This document shows positions 52,396-64,000 of a stretch of 64,000 bases of DNA, piece by piece. Every line of letters starts with the position of its first letter. Within the stretch, counting starts at the first letter, position 1. The stretch is from Botryllus schlosseri (Eukaryota): NCBI GenBank assembly GCA_051294905.1, contig CM119371.1:17484001-17548000 (forward strand), written 5' to 3'. The notes under the pieces are model-generated. The model did no database searches. It had not been told where the DNA came from and was given only the letters and a program-made list of their open reading frames with translations. The position numbers and the translations under genes were made by a program.

Positions 52396-53107
52396 ATGGA
52401 GAGCCAAATATCCAGCTATCCGGCAACCGCCGATGGAAAACATATTGGAGTATTTGGTTGCAAGAAGGTCTCCCAGATACCCACGAAGGATGACATAGAG
52501 ATACCTAGCTGTCACCTCATTTCAATAAACGTAAATGGGATAAACCGGCACTGGGACGACTTTACCTTTTTTATCCTAAAGAACAAGGCAGATATTTACT
52601 GTATCCAGGAGGTACACAGGATGCCCGAACAGAAACTAATAAAATGGGCCCTGAGGAATGATTTCCTCATCTTCAAAAACTTCCGAACCAACGACGAGAA
52701 AGAATTCACCCCCCAAAAACAAAACTATTACCAGGGAACTGTAATCATCATTAAAAAAGATATAGCAGAAGATCACCACGTCCAGCATGAGGTCATCGTA
52801 GAAGATCGAGCACAAAGAATCAGAATCCTAACAAACACCCTCGAACTGGTTCTTTCCATAACAAACATATATGCACCACCAAATCAGGGAGCTCAGGAAA
52901 CCTTCTATGGAAATCTAACGCCTCAGCTGAAAGAGGACAGTGTCAGAACCATCATTGCAGGAGACTTCAACATTATAACAAATAAATTAGACAGTGAGAA
53001 ACAAACAATGCCCAAAAGAATGGCGGCCACAAAAATATGGAAGCAATTCACGGATGAACAAAACCTGATCGATATATACAGATGGAGGAATCCACACAAG
53101 AAAATCT
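52396..53107 (+). CDS. LINE ORF2 apurinic-like endonuclease domain (truncated before RT)
   Basis: ISINVNG, CIQEVH, NIYAP, IAGDFN, LIDIYRWRNP motifs in one open frame. Confidence 0.95.
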
Positions 53108-53109
53108 AG

Positions 53110-55766
53110 AATTGCGGACGAGCATTGTCATAAATCCTACGTTTACTCTGCCCGTGCCTACTTTGTGTCATTATATATTCAATCATTGTAGTAAAGGACA
53201 GTGTTTGATTTATACCGGCGTTACCGACCGTCAAGATTAGACAGGGTTCTGCGCCTATAGTCGCCACACGAACATTTCGCGTGCCGCGCAGAAACAATTT
53301 ATAACAGCTACAATTTACAACGCTTGCTTCGATTACAAAAGCAAGTCAAAGTAATCCAATCCGTATTATGCAACGGAGATTTGGTTTGTTTCATCGTTAG
53401 AGTGCTTTCGATTGCACCAATTCAGCAATCACCATTAACTGCCCTGATCTTTGAAGACAAACGATTAGTATCAGAATGCCGCTGCAACACTCTCCGACCG
53501 ACGAGAAAGTTCGATTAGCTCCTTCGTTCAAGACTGTCGCCAAGATAACCGTTGAAGGGATGCGTTTAGAACTTGCTGCTCTCGAATTGCCAATCACTGC
53601 GGGAACAAGGCCGCGCTATCAAAAAGACTGAAGAAAGCTCTTGAGTGTAAGCCCGACAATTTGGAGACATCTAGCCAGATTCACCGGTGCTAGATCAATC
53701 CGCGGCTTCGCCCGATCCATTTTCACTTCAGACCGAGAAGCCCAACGACCTTATGATGATGTTTACACCGATGAAACAACATCAAAAAGCCGCTGAGAGA
53801 AGATTCCTTCTTCAGATTGAAGCGATGCGTCAGGAGGCGAAGGAAGAGGGACACAATTTACCTCAGTTCTTCACCGACGTACGCAAGGATCGAGGCAGAG
53901 AAATCCAATTCTAGCGGGGACTCGAATCTGCCCAGAGTCATTGGTAAGCGATTTAAGCGAATGAATAAAGATCTTCTGGAACTATTGCAGGCACTCGAAC
54001 TCGAGTACACGACTTCCCACTCGGTCGAAGAAATTGAAGTGTACGTGAAATCAGCCGAGATGTCCATGACGGATTTGAAATCCTACGTAGATAGTAAAAT
54101 TGATCTATTGGAAGATGGCGACTTGAAGACCGAGATTATTGACGGTTTGAAAGACGCTAGTCGAGTCTATTTAACTAACACTCCTCTAGCCAGGTCAAAG
54201 CTATCGAAATTGAAAGCGATTGACGAAGCTGACAGGACAGCTGGAAGTCTATCAAACGGTGTGAATCCGCCCTCGTTTTATGGCGACATACTTTGTTTCC
54301 CCGTCTTTCTGGGAGGCGTTTGAACGACTTGTTCATAACAACCCATCGGTCAGTAAATTTTACAAAATGACTTATTTGAAGGCTGCTATGAAGGGATCGG
54401 CGTCTGGTGTTCTGAACGGCTTTCCGTCTAATGCGACTAATTATGAGCCGGCGATTGTTGCGGTACTGCAACGATTCGGCAGGACGCAAGCAATTGTTCG
54501 CAGTCACATTAAAGATCTGCTTGAAGGGAACCGGGTAGATTTCGAACTCGACAAAGTGCGAGGTATGCTAGACCGGGCTAATGCTAAGAGGTCAATACTG
54601 ACTGTAAATAATATCACCTGGAATCAAATGTTCACTCAGATATTGGAATCGCAGCTGCCTCAGAAATTACTCGAGGGCTGGATGCGTAAAATTAATTGAG
54701 TCCAACCAGGTAGCTTCATCCGATCTAATGTTCGAGTATATCTCCACAGAATTGGCGACTATGGATACTTTCAAGAAGTCCAGCTCCAAGCAATCGAAGA
54801 AGCAACCGAAGACGAAGCAGCAGACCTCCAGCACCGATAAGTATTGTTCCGCTCAGTCTTCTACGAGAGGATGAATAGATCCATTAAAGAACCTCTCAGA
54901 AAGATTCTGGGTAAGGCAAAATTGAACTTCACTGAACTCTACACGATTTTGACAGATCGAGTGTGCGATGAACCAGCGGCCTTTGACGTATCTCGGTTCC
55001 TATTCGGGAAATCCGCAAGCAATAACTCCGGCTCATTTAGCAATTGGTCGACCACTGCGGCAGCTACCGAATTTTCGGGCCAAATCCAGTGTCAACGTCT
55101 CGAAGCGATTTCGCTATCTTCAAACGATGTTGCGTCATTTCTGGTCGAGATGGTCGAAGGAATATATCCCGACGTTGATCAGAAGAAAGAAATGGGTTTT
55201 CGAACATTCTGTTCCAAACGTCAGAGACGTTTGTTTAATTGCAGACGACGGATACGCGCGCTCGAAATGGAAGGTCGGCAGAATCGTGACGGAATTTAAA
55301 AGCAAAGATGGCCTCGTGAGAACGTTCAAATTGAAAACGGCCCGCGGATTTCTTACGAGACCCATTCAAAAACTCCACTTACTGGAGAGAGACTATTCGG
55401 TTGACTGTGACCCGTCAAAGGGGGGTGGATGTTAGCGCGTGCGTACGGCATTACCTTGTTTCTTGTGCATTTCTATTTAATTACTGATCGGTATAATCAT
55501 CATCATCACTCGCGTTTTTCTTTTCCTATATATTCAATTGGTAGAACTGTTTTGTGGGTTACTTTGTAAGGACGGTTGGAAAAATTGCGGACAAGCATTG
55601 TTATAAATCCTACGTTTACTCTGCCCTTGCCTACTTTCTGTCATTTATATATTCAATCATTGTAGTAAAGGACTGTGATTTATACCGGCGTTACCGACCG
55701 TCAAGATTAGACAGGCTTCTGCGCCTTTTGTCGCCACACGAACATTTCGCGTGCCGCGCAGAAACA
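53110..55766 (+). mobile_element. BEL/Pao LTR retrotransposon, internally deleted, 5' LTR truncated
   Basis: 5' LTR remnant 53110-53296 matches the 3' part of full LTR 55430-55766 (TG...CA); purine tract aaaggggggtgga before the 3' LTR; gag PSFYGD..F.SFWEAF..VHNN..YLK..MKG.A..NY..A..RFG (DUF1759-like); integrase tail ERMNRSIK..RPLT..ITPAHL..FWSRWSKEY..WKVGRI..DGLVR..RPIQKLHLLE (DUF5641-like); PR, RT and RH not seen. Confidence 0.95.
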
Positions 55767-57723
55767 CCGTTTACTTAATGACTTGAAATTGACTCGTATA
55801 TTTTGCCCCTAGTCACGAGTCAATCCACTAAGCGCAGCGTCAAGTCAAGTCATTTTTTTCAAAGTGACTCGAGTCAAGTGAAGCCATATGAAAGAGTTGA
55901 CTTGAGTCCGACTTGATTCTTCCATGAAGTAGTTCTGATTTTCATGTTCTCAATAGCAAACTATCCAATTTCGCGCTCCAATTAAAAAGATGAAAATCAC
56001 TCATGAATTAGTGGAAATGCAAAAGTACCTTTTGCGGTGCTTATAATTTCATAAAAGATAAACTAGATTCACCAACATGACTCACTAAAGTCGTGATTTT
56101 TCTCCCGTTTGAACCAATGCCCTTCTTACCTCGTATAAACGAGTGTTTACGGATATACCGGCGCCAGTAAAATCAGTGAGCCGTGTCGATGACGTATAGC
56201 ACATGACGATCACTGATGCTCTAGTCCAGTGCTCTTCAACCTTTTTCGTCGTGGTACACCCTTTTAACATTTTCTCAAAACTCGTACACCCCTGACCTTA
56301 TAATACACCGATAACGCAGAAATCCGCATTTTGATTACATATACAATACGTCCGGATTCCAGCGGGGAGTCGCCATGGCCCATGGACGACAAATACTCAT
56401 GAAATTTGATACCGGTACTGGGAACTTAACACCGCGGAGAGCCTTTGTGTCGTTCTGTGCCTTCACTTATTTCTTGAGATATGCCTTGCGTAAATTTTCT
56501 TATTGTAGAAGCAAAACATCCCAGCAGTCTCACCATATATAATTTATGTACCAAAATCGCGAGCATAAATGTCAAGAAAAGATACTATACGAATGTGTGC
56601 AATCGCGCGGAGCGCGAAAATTTTGCCCCTTGAATGGAATTCATCGAAAATGTTGGTAGTTTCACATAATATTGTCAAAACTTTATTCATTCTCAGGTCA
56701 CATGATCAGATTAACCCGTAGAGCTGATGGAGGGTGTCTTCGAAAATATTGGACACAATATTAATGATGCATCTTCCGGTTTTTATTAATAACTTAGTTG
56801 CATGTTGTTATTTCTTGGCCTCTCACCAGGATTGTTTGTATTGTTATTGTTAGTATTTCTATTATACATGAATGACAGTGGCGATAATCACATGTTTAGA
56901 ATTTGTGTGCCACGACAGTGCAATTCTTAAAGTTGAGTGTATTTGCTTTGGGCAATGAGGACGACTTTCGCTTGCACGCGCACTCCCACTCTTCATTCTC
57001 TCTCGCTAACGTGCTGTCACTTTCAGGACTCTTCTGCTGACTTTGGAGCTCGGCTCACTCTTCTTCTAGCCAAGCTTTTCAAGACGCTACGACGGCGATG
57101 AGGAGCCTAGATAAACCTCCGACATAGAAACATGGCTGAGCCGAGACTAGAACCAGCAACAATTGGTTGCATAATGACGGCCGCCAACACACGCAAATTC
57201 AAATATGTGTAGAAGGTCGCAAAATTACGGGTTTGCGGCTGAATGAGGCCGTACGTCCGCTGGTTGTGCACCCCTGGCCTAGCCGAAATAAAGATGAACA
57301 TTTGAGCAAGGCTGCAACGTATAGTAAATGCTAAATACGAATCAGGGCTCGAGGTTACTGGACCACCATCTAACGCAGTGGTTCGCAAACTCAAAACCGG
57401 TCAATACAGAGAATGGACATAACCGAGAATGCAATACAGGCATGTTACGCATATGAACAGGTCGAGTGTGTGCATAACGTCGTTGCCACATTCGGTATCG
57501 ATTCCCAGGTATAAATTTCTTGACAACGTGCGTTACATTAAGCTAGATTCTTCGCATTGGCCATTCTCGGTAATGTCCGTTCTCGGTAATGTCAATTCTC
57601 GGTAATGTCCGTTCTCGGTAATGTCCATCTCGATAATAGCATCCTCGGCAATAGTATGGAACCGTCGAAAAGGAAGTAATAAGTTCATTACCAAAGGTTA
57701 ACTGATGAGAAACATTTGCTTAT

Positions 57724-59772
57724 CAGGGGTGGGCAAACTTTTGAGCTCGCGGGCCGTATTCAACAGCTGAATCCATTCGCGGGCCGCACAATGTAAAATT
57801 GGGATTATAAACCAAAACGCATATTGGTATTTGATTGTATAATGAGGACATTGAGATAATATATATGCTTATTTAAAACAAATCAAATATGGTTTTTATG
57901 ATATCGTACACTCGTCAGAAACAGTAGCGAGATTTCATAGGCTGGTCGACCTCAATAACCAATTCGTTAAAACTATGTAGAGATGAAAGTTGGTTGTCCC
58001 GACTCCCGATTCTTAGAACAGGATTGAAATTTAAATCTGTGAGCAGCGATCTTTTCATAGATATTCTAATTACACTTTTGGTTCAGTTCCAGGACACACA
58101 ATGCTGACAGCATCATAATCATGTTAGCTTCAAACACGCTTCCACTATGTGTAGATATAATATAAATACTAGGGATGGTGTGAACCTCTGAAAGGTTCAG
58201 GTTCGTGTGAACGCGAACCTTTTTGAAAGGTTCTGTGTGAACACGAACGTGAACCTCGTGACGTCACGTGACGTGACGTGATATTGCTAATTCCAACCGT
58301 ACATTTCAGTGAAGTGTTATATAAATGTACCACACGATATCTATAGCGACGACTCGCGCCATATTATGCCACAACGCTGAAGTACATACTGACATTTTAA
58401 ACTTCGCCAAATATATCAACTGGAGCAATGAAATGATATAATAATCCCATAAAATCAACATCTTTCGTCGCTTTGCCAACAATTTCGACGAAGACTTGCA
58501 AGGTAATATAAGCTTACGCCTTAAACGGTCTAGGCTAGACCGAAATATGTATTCGGAGTCTGAGTATTGCTACATTGATATTTGCAGAGTGTAAAAAGGG
58601 TTTCCATACTTGCTACCGATATTATCCCATTACCATGTTATACAGGAGTAGCCAACACCCCAATCACATCGATTCGTTTTTGTATGATACAATAAACATA
58701 TCAAATCAAGATGGTCCTCGTATGCCTGCCCCGTACGCCTGCGGGTCAAGCTCACAGCAGCGTCCCTAAACATTCACTTACGGAAACCCGACATTTCGAA
58801 CAAACTTCTTGAACGAAGCAAGTTAACTTGTTGAGAGTGTAAAGGTGCGCCCTGCGCATATGCTCGTTTAGTATTGATTTTTTATGCCACCAGCGCCATG
58901 CATAGAGTGGCACGCAGTTGCAATGCAATGAATTTTAACCAAAAATGTTATAATGACGTGGAAAATTGTAATATACGAAAAAGGTTCACAGTGCAGAACC
59001 TACCAAGGTTCGTTTGTGAATGCGAACCTCTAAATTTCTGAGGTTCACACACAGAACGCGAACGTGAACCTCACGTTCACACCATCCCTAATAATAACCC
59101 TAATTCTATGCATAGGCCTACAGAGATCGAATCTACCTACGACACGCACGAATCATTTTTTATAAGCAAATCACTGAAATAATTGAAACTGAAGAGGCCA
59201 ATCTGAAATCACGCTCGTCATCCGAATTATGTCAATCTCGTTTAGGATTTCTGTGATGTTTAGCAATTGAAACCTTTCAAACTGCGTGGGCCTTAAGATC
59301 TGTCTGTCGCGCCCGAAATTGAACATAAAAACTAATATTGGAACTATTTACCTTAGAACAGTGCTTATCAAACTTTTTAAGACACGCCCCCCTTATGATG
59401 GTGAACGATTTCGCGCCCCCTTATCGTCATATCACAAAACGCTGCGAAGATGCTAGCAAACCTAACGGATAGTTTGATGGCATGGAACGTTCCGACTGTG
59501 GTTGAGAGATATGAAATTCAGACTGAATACAGAACAATAATAATTATTTGATAGTAAATCGCGCGACGCGCGATTTTTTTTTTAGTTGAGATCAGCTTCG
59601 CACCCCCAGTTTGAGAACCAGTGCCTTAGAATTATCATGATGAAATATATTAAGAAAAATTTTAATTAAGTCCCTGCATGGATTTGGTTTTAGTACGCAT
59701 TTTATCAATATTTCAAATATTTCTATTTCTAATTTCTTTAGACTCTCGCGGGCCGTAGTTTGCCCACCCCTG
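57724..59772. mobile_element. Composite hAT MITE (same family as 39127-40263, opposite orientation) with inner MITE 59359-59623 and an inserted TAGGG element 58170-59090
   Basis: Outer TIRs caggggtgggcaaact / agtttgcccacccctg; inner TSD ccttagaa perfect; TAGGG element has complete TIRs. Confidence 0.9.
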
Positions 59773-60263
59773 GCTTATAATATCACATTGTACGATATAA
59801 CACATCCAGTCAATCTGTTTTGAAGCGTAAACTGGCGTTTCTATTGCTATGGCCATCGTATCATCGGTTCGTCATAATGTGGATCTGGTGCACCCCTGTA
59901 CACCCAATCCGAGTGGTACACACTCCAAAAATTACGGTACACCCTGGGGTGTATGAAACACCCGGTTGAATAGCATTCCCCATTGCTCATTAACCTGTGC
60001 GTGAACCTGTACTAACGCATGCACCTGCCTTTGTGATAGCTAGCCATCGGCTCATTGTAATTCGGATCAGGTACACCCCTGTACACCCCATCCGAGTGGT
60101 ACACCCTTTGAAAATCCTGGTACACCCTAGGGTGTACGAAAACCCCGGTTGAAGAGCACTGCTCTAGTCATCATCAGTGTATCTGTGATTTGACGTCACA
60201 ATGTTTTGTGTATGATGAGTAAAATGTGTACAATATCAATTTTAACATCTGAACAATATTCAG

Positions 60264-60365
60264 GTTGCCAAGCTGAACATCGGAAGATGGCCTGTTGTAT
60301 TGGAGAACAAAACAGATGTCATAAAGATAAGTGGAGATTATGTTGAAGGGCACTTCAACATTAAG
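60264..60365 (+). CDS. Candidate exon (VAKLNIGRWPVVLENKTDVIKISGDYVEGHFNIK), possibly a distal NLR exon
   Basis: Acceptor aatattcag, donor aag|gttgga, phase 0-0, compatible with the 25941 donor. Confidence 0.45.
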
Positions 60366-60657
60366 GTTGGATATCAAGAAGATACAACTTTGATTACGAG
60401 TTTATAATAATGATTGGAATCGATCTGCGGCGATTTAACTGACTTTACTATTCACTAAGCTGTTAAGCAATACTGGGCATATAGGGCAATGGCTTGGTGG
60501 GGTAGTATAACCAGCTAATGAAATAATTATAGCGTTATGAAGACGCCATTGTTTCATTAAGAATAGTTAGCTAAATATGCTGCTAATTTCATAAGTAAAG
60601 TTATTTTCCCTGCTCAATCCTTAGATTTTTTTTGTCGGACTGTACTTTGATTTTCAG

Positions 60658-60818
60658 GCCATTCGGGATTTTAGATTACATCTATTTAAAATCGACCAGC
60701 CACCATTTCTAAATATTCTGAAACGTTTCACTGAAAACTTCTGTGGTGGGTGTGGGAACATTCAAGGTATATTCAGGACACAGTTCTGCTTCAATGAATA
60801 TGAATCACTATTGTGGCA
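60658..60818 (+). CDS. Candidate exon (AIRDFRLHLFKIDQPPFLNILKRFTENF...ESLLW)
   Basis: Strong acceptor actttgattttcag, donor ca|gtaagc, phase 0-2, open frame. Confidence 0.5.
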
Positions 60819-61175
60819 GTAAGCAGTCAGTGACACTATCAATATCTGATAAGACCCGTGAGAGGAGTGCGATTTGGAATCCATAATTTTATTCAATTCA
60901 AAAAACCCTTGATCAGACTTAAATCATTTCAAATATTTGCAGTACAATGAATTTGCAGTACAATGAAACGATGGTTTTAAGTTGAAGCGAATTCAAGCAA
61001 TTCACTAATTCAAATCAGGAGTTGGTCAATGGCGAAGTACGTTTACTTTTTAGAATTAGTCACGTATTACCCTCTACTTTGTAGTACTTACTCAAATGAA
61101 TCCAATTTTCCGCCACTCATCCTTTACTTTTACTTTGTCGTATTTTGTGACTAATTTACTTAATTCTATCTACAG

Positions 61176-61251
61176 TTTGTCAAGCAGAAGTATTATATAC
61201 CTTACATTTAATAAGAGTGCGATAAAGATAGACCAAGACGAGAAAATCCAG
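61176..61251 (+). CDS. Candidate exon (LSSRSIIYLTFNKSAIKIDQDEKIQ)
   Basis: Acceptor attctatctacag, donor cag|gtgctg, phase 2-0; optional 18-nt exon 61019-61036 keeps phase. Confidence 0.4.
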
Positions 61252-62366
61252 GTGCTGTTTTGAGGATAATTCAGAACAGGGTGTCAAATATACGGCTCGC
61301 GGGGCGCATCTGGTCCGCCAGAAATTTATTCCAGCCTGCGAAACAATTTTGAGTTAATTCAAAAATGTTTGTATTATCAAGAACATTCCTGGCAAATGAT
61401 GAAAGTTTTGTAAGAAGAACTCGCACTAAATAATCCCTCAAGGCAACACTGGGTAACAATATTAAAGGAAATTTTTCAATACTATTTTGATTTTGCACTT
61501 GTTTTAGGCTAGTGGATTACTGGGGGAGTCAGGAATACCGATTCACAACTCAAGTGAATGGCTAATGTCTATTGGTAGTTGAAAGGGGATCCTAAAGTGT
61601 GACATTGTCCAAAATGGCAACGTCTTGAGCGTGGTAACAATTCCACACTCACTTAGTCTTCGTGAATGATACAGAAATATTGAGAATAATACAGAAACAT
61701 TGAAGTGTTCATGTTGCAATACCACGGGCACAAGTGAGATTGGATCATATGTGTGAGCTTTAAAATATTGTGTTTTCTTAGTAGTCAGACAATAAGAATG
61801 CACATTAGGGCTCTTAAAAATGACTTTTTTTCTCAAATCGCATTGGCTATTTGATAGAATTGTTAGGTTACCTAATTTAAGCCTACACACAAAATTTGGT
61901 TCAATTCCAGCAGGTAACCGCTTTGCTACAGGAGAAGAAAGTTTCTATTTAATATATAAAAATAAAAACCGAAAAATTTCAAAATTTTCTGTTCATCGCA
62001 TGAAAGTGTTATGTTGTCTATAGAAACGATGTGTTCAATTCCAACCAGTAGAAACGAAGTTATTGCCGTCGAAAAATTTGGATTATGAATAAAATAGTAT
62101 TTACGGTGACAAATTCTTCAATTATTTATTATAGTAGTGCTCACCGTAAATACTATTTTATTCAAATCGGAATCCACATGTTGCTTTTGCGTGGTTCATG
62201 TGCGCAACTCCGGTGTATCGTTTGACAAGCAATGTTTTGATAAGGCGATCTCATCGTCTTGCCTGCAGCGTGAAGAGTGACATTGCTCTTTCATGCTTAA
62301 TCGTATCTCCGGAATTTCGTTGTTGGTATGAACTGCGATGTACCTGACAACAATTTTTCTACACAG

Positions 62367-62516
62367 GATTCGACGCTATCATTCCTCGGAATTGATACCG
62401 TAGCACTGGTGGGATTCTTTTGGATACTTTTCGATGCAATCAAATACTTTGAGCAACGACAACTGTTGGCAGATCTGAATGATTTGCGGAATACATCACA
62501 ATGTAAATTGGAAAAG
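62367..62516 (+). CDS. Candidate exon (DSTLSFLGIDTVALVGFFWILFDAIKYFEQRQLLADLNDLRNTSQCKLEK)
   Basis: Strong acceptor aatttttctacacag, donor aag|gtcagt, 150 nt, phase 0-0. Confidence 0.55.
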
Positions 62517-62784
62517 GTCAGTTTTGCATATGTTTATACTATCTATATAGCTTCAAATTCTATTAAAACTGGAACGTTGCATCATGGTTGACGATTGTGA
62601 CAATTCGATATTCTTTTACTTTCAGCCGTACTTAGTCTGTTATTAGGTTATTAAGTAATCAATGTGTAAATATACGACGAAATAAGCAACAAAACTCTTT
62701 CCTATGTACGCTTTAATTACACTGGCCTACACGAATTTTGCGCCAGGACTTCCTTCGGTCAGTTATACCTAATTTCGCGCTGTG

Positions 62785-62995
62785 GCGAGATAGCGCAGTG
62801 GTAGGGCCCATATAGTCCGCAGCTGCAACACCAATGAGTTGCGATTTTGAGTCCGACCGAGGTCGACTTTACAATTCCTCTACCTGAATGTTCGAGATTC
62901 ATTTAGGCTCCTCCTCGCCACGTCATCCGCGTAAGCGATGTCTTACACAAATGCTAGAAGTGAGCCATGCTACAAGTCGGCCGATACGGAATCAA
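62785..62995 (+). mobile_element. tRNA-derived SINE (family A)
   Basis: ggcgagatagcgcagtgg head; body matches the reverse complement of 7810-8000. Confidence 0.85.
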
Positions 62996-64000
62996 ACACA
63001 AGCAATATCGGCCTATGGTGTAAATCAGAGGTCTCAAACTCAAATGTGCTCGCGGGCCAATTTCCTATTTTTGATTGGGCCGCGGGCCGCAGCCCCATTA
63101 ATAGGGTAATTCGATGTATTTCCAAGTAGGCCTTATTTGACGGGACCTTGCAGACTGACATTCCGCACGCATCGTAAAAGTTTTATTTAGTATTGTGAAT
63201 TCACGCCTGGTTCGAAAAAACAACATTATTAGATATTTTAATAAAATTGTTGCTATACTTGGCATGGTTTGTCAAGTAAATTAGTTGTAGAGACCATGTG
63301 AGAGTGCAAATGCATCATGACATCGAAAAAGCTATCGCGGTATAATTTTGCAGCTAGCGGACATTTAGCGTGCCGCAATTATAGGTAGAATTTTAGAATT
63401 TCACAAAGATTGATCTGATATCGCGCATTGGAGCAGTGCAGATTAATCCGGGTCTCGGGTATACTCTGGATAACTAGGCTATTGATCAGCGTTAGATTTA
63501 TTTTCGAATATTTGAACAGATCAATAACAACTTGAATATAATGATTACTGTGCCATGGCAATATAAATCTCCAATCGTCGAAGAATCCGTTTGTGATACA
63601 GCTGTGAAGCGTAGGCTACGACTACTTTATACTCGCCTCATTTAATTGGCGATAATAACATGGATGAAGATACCCAAGATGACACAGAGTGTAACCAAAT
63701 ATACATCAAGCGGGCAACATCATGCCAAGGGTTGCCATAGCGAACTGCTTAGATACATAAATAAGCTACGAAACGCAAGCTACGATCTTCTGATAAATTA
63801 CTATTTTCCATACCAGTTTGATAGTTTGTTGCGTGACTGTACCAAGTCACGGCGTTCCGCGTCACAAAAGGCCTTCTCTGATTGTATCATCTCACGCGAC
63901 TCAACTCGAGTCATTTTTATTTTATCACCCGTTGAGTCCGAGTTCGAGTAATTTTACAGAAGGTCGCGCCCTAGTCCAAATCACAATTTTCGGTACGAAT

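Larger units (their letters stand above)
50335..53107 (+). mobile_element. L1-clade (Tx1-like) non-LTR retrotransposon, 5' half, 3'-truncated
   Basis: GC-rich repetitive 5' UTR, ORF1 with zinc knuckles, ORF2 APE domain, strong A-rich strand bias; the 5' boundary is approximate. Confidence 0.9.

Noticed and set aside
51535-52515. Minus-strand ORFs over the LINE
   Set aside because: Shadow frames of an A-rich coding strand

Overview
This is AT-rich eukaryotic (animal) genomic DNA, not prokaryotic. GT-AG introns, tRNA-derived SINEs and the NLR type suggest an invertebrate chordate such as an ascidian (inference). The main host gene is a spliced, + strand NLR-type immune receptor. It has three short N-terminal exons (9287-11326) with no recognisable death-fold domain but a RHIM-like beta-motif and an amphipathic basic helix. 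A large NACHT exon (15084-16432) has a P-loop and an atypical Walker B, DGLDQ. An HD2/LRR exon follows (25631-25941), and a phase-compatible chain of degenerate LRR-like exons may continue at 60.2-62.5 kb. Much of the rest is nested transposon debris: many hAT-type MITEs with 8-bp TSDs, TA-flanked MITEs, four hAT deletion derivatives, a Chapaev3-type element, Hermes-like and Buster-like transposase relics, two RNase H-bearing LINE fragments, SINEs and minisatellites. At 50.3-55.8 kb a nearly intact Tx1/L1-type LINE 5' half (ORF1 and APE endonuclease) is fused directly into the truncated 5' LTR of an internally deleted BEL/Pao element whose gag starts with a SAP-like motif. Most short ORFs in the supplied track look spurious. 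All exon models and identities were read by eye and need RNA-seq or alignment confirmation.
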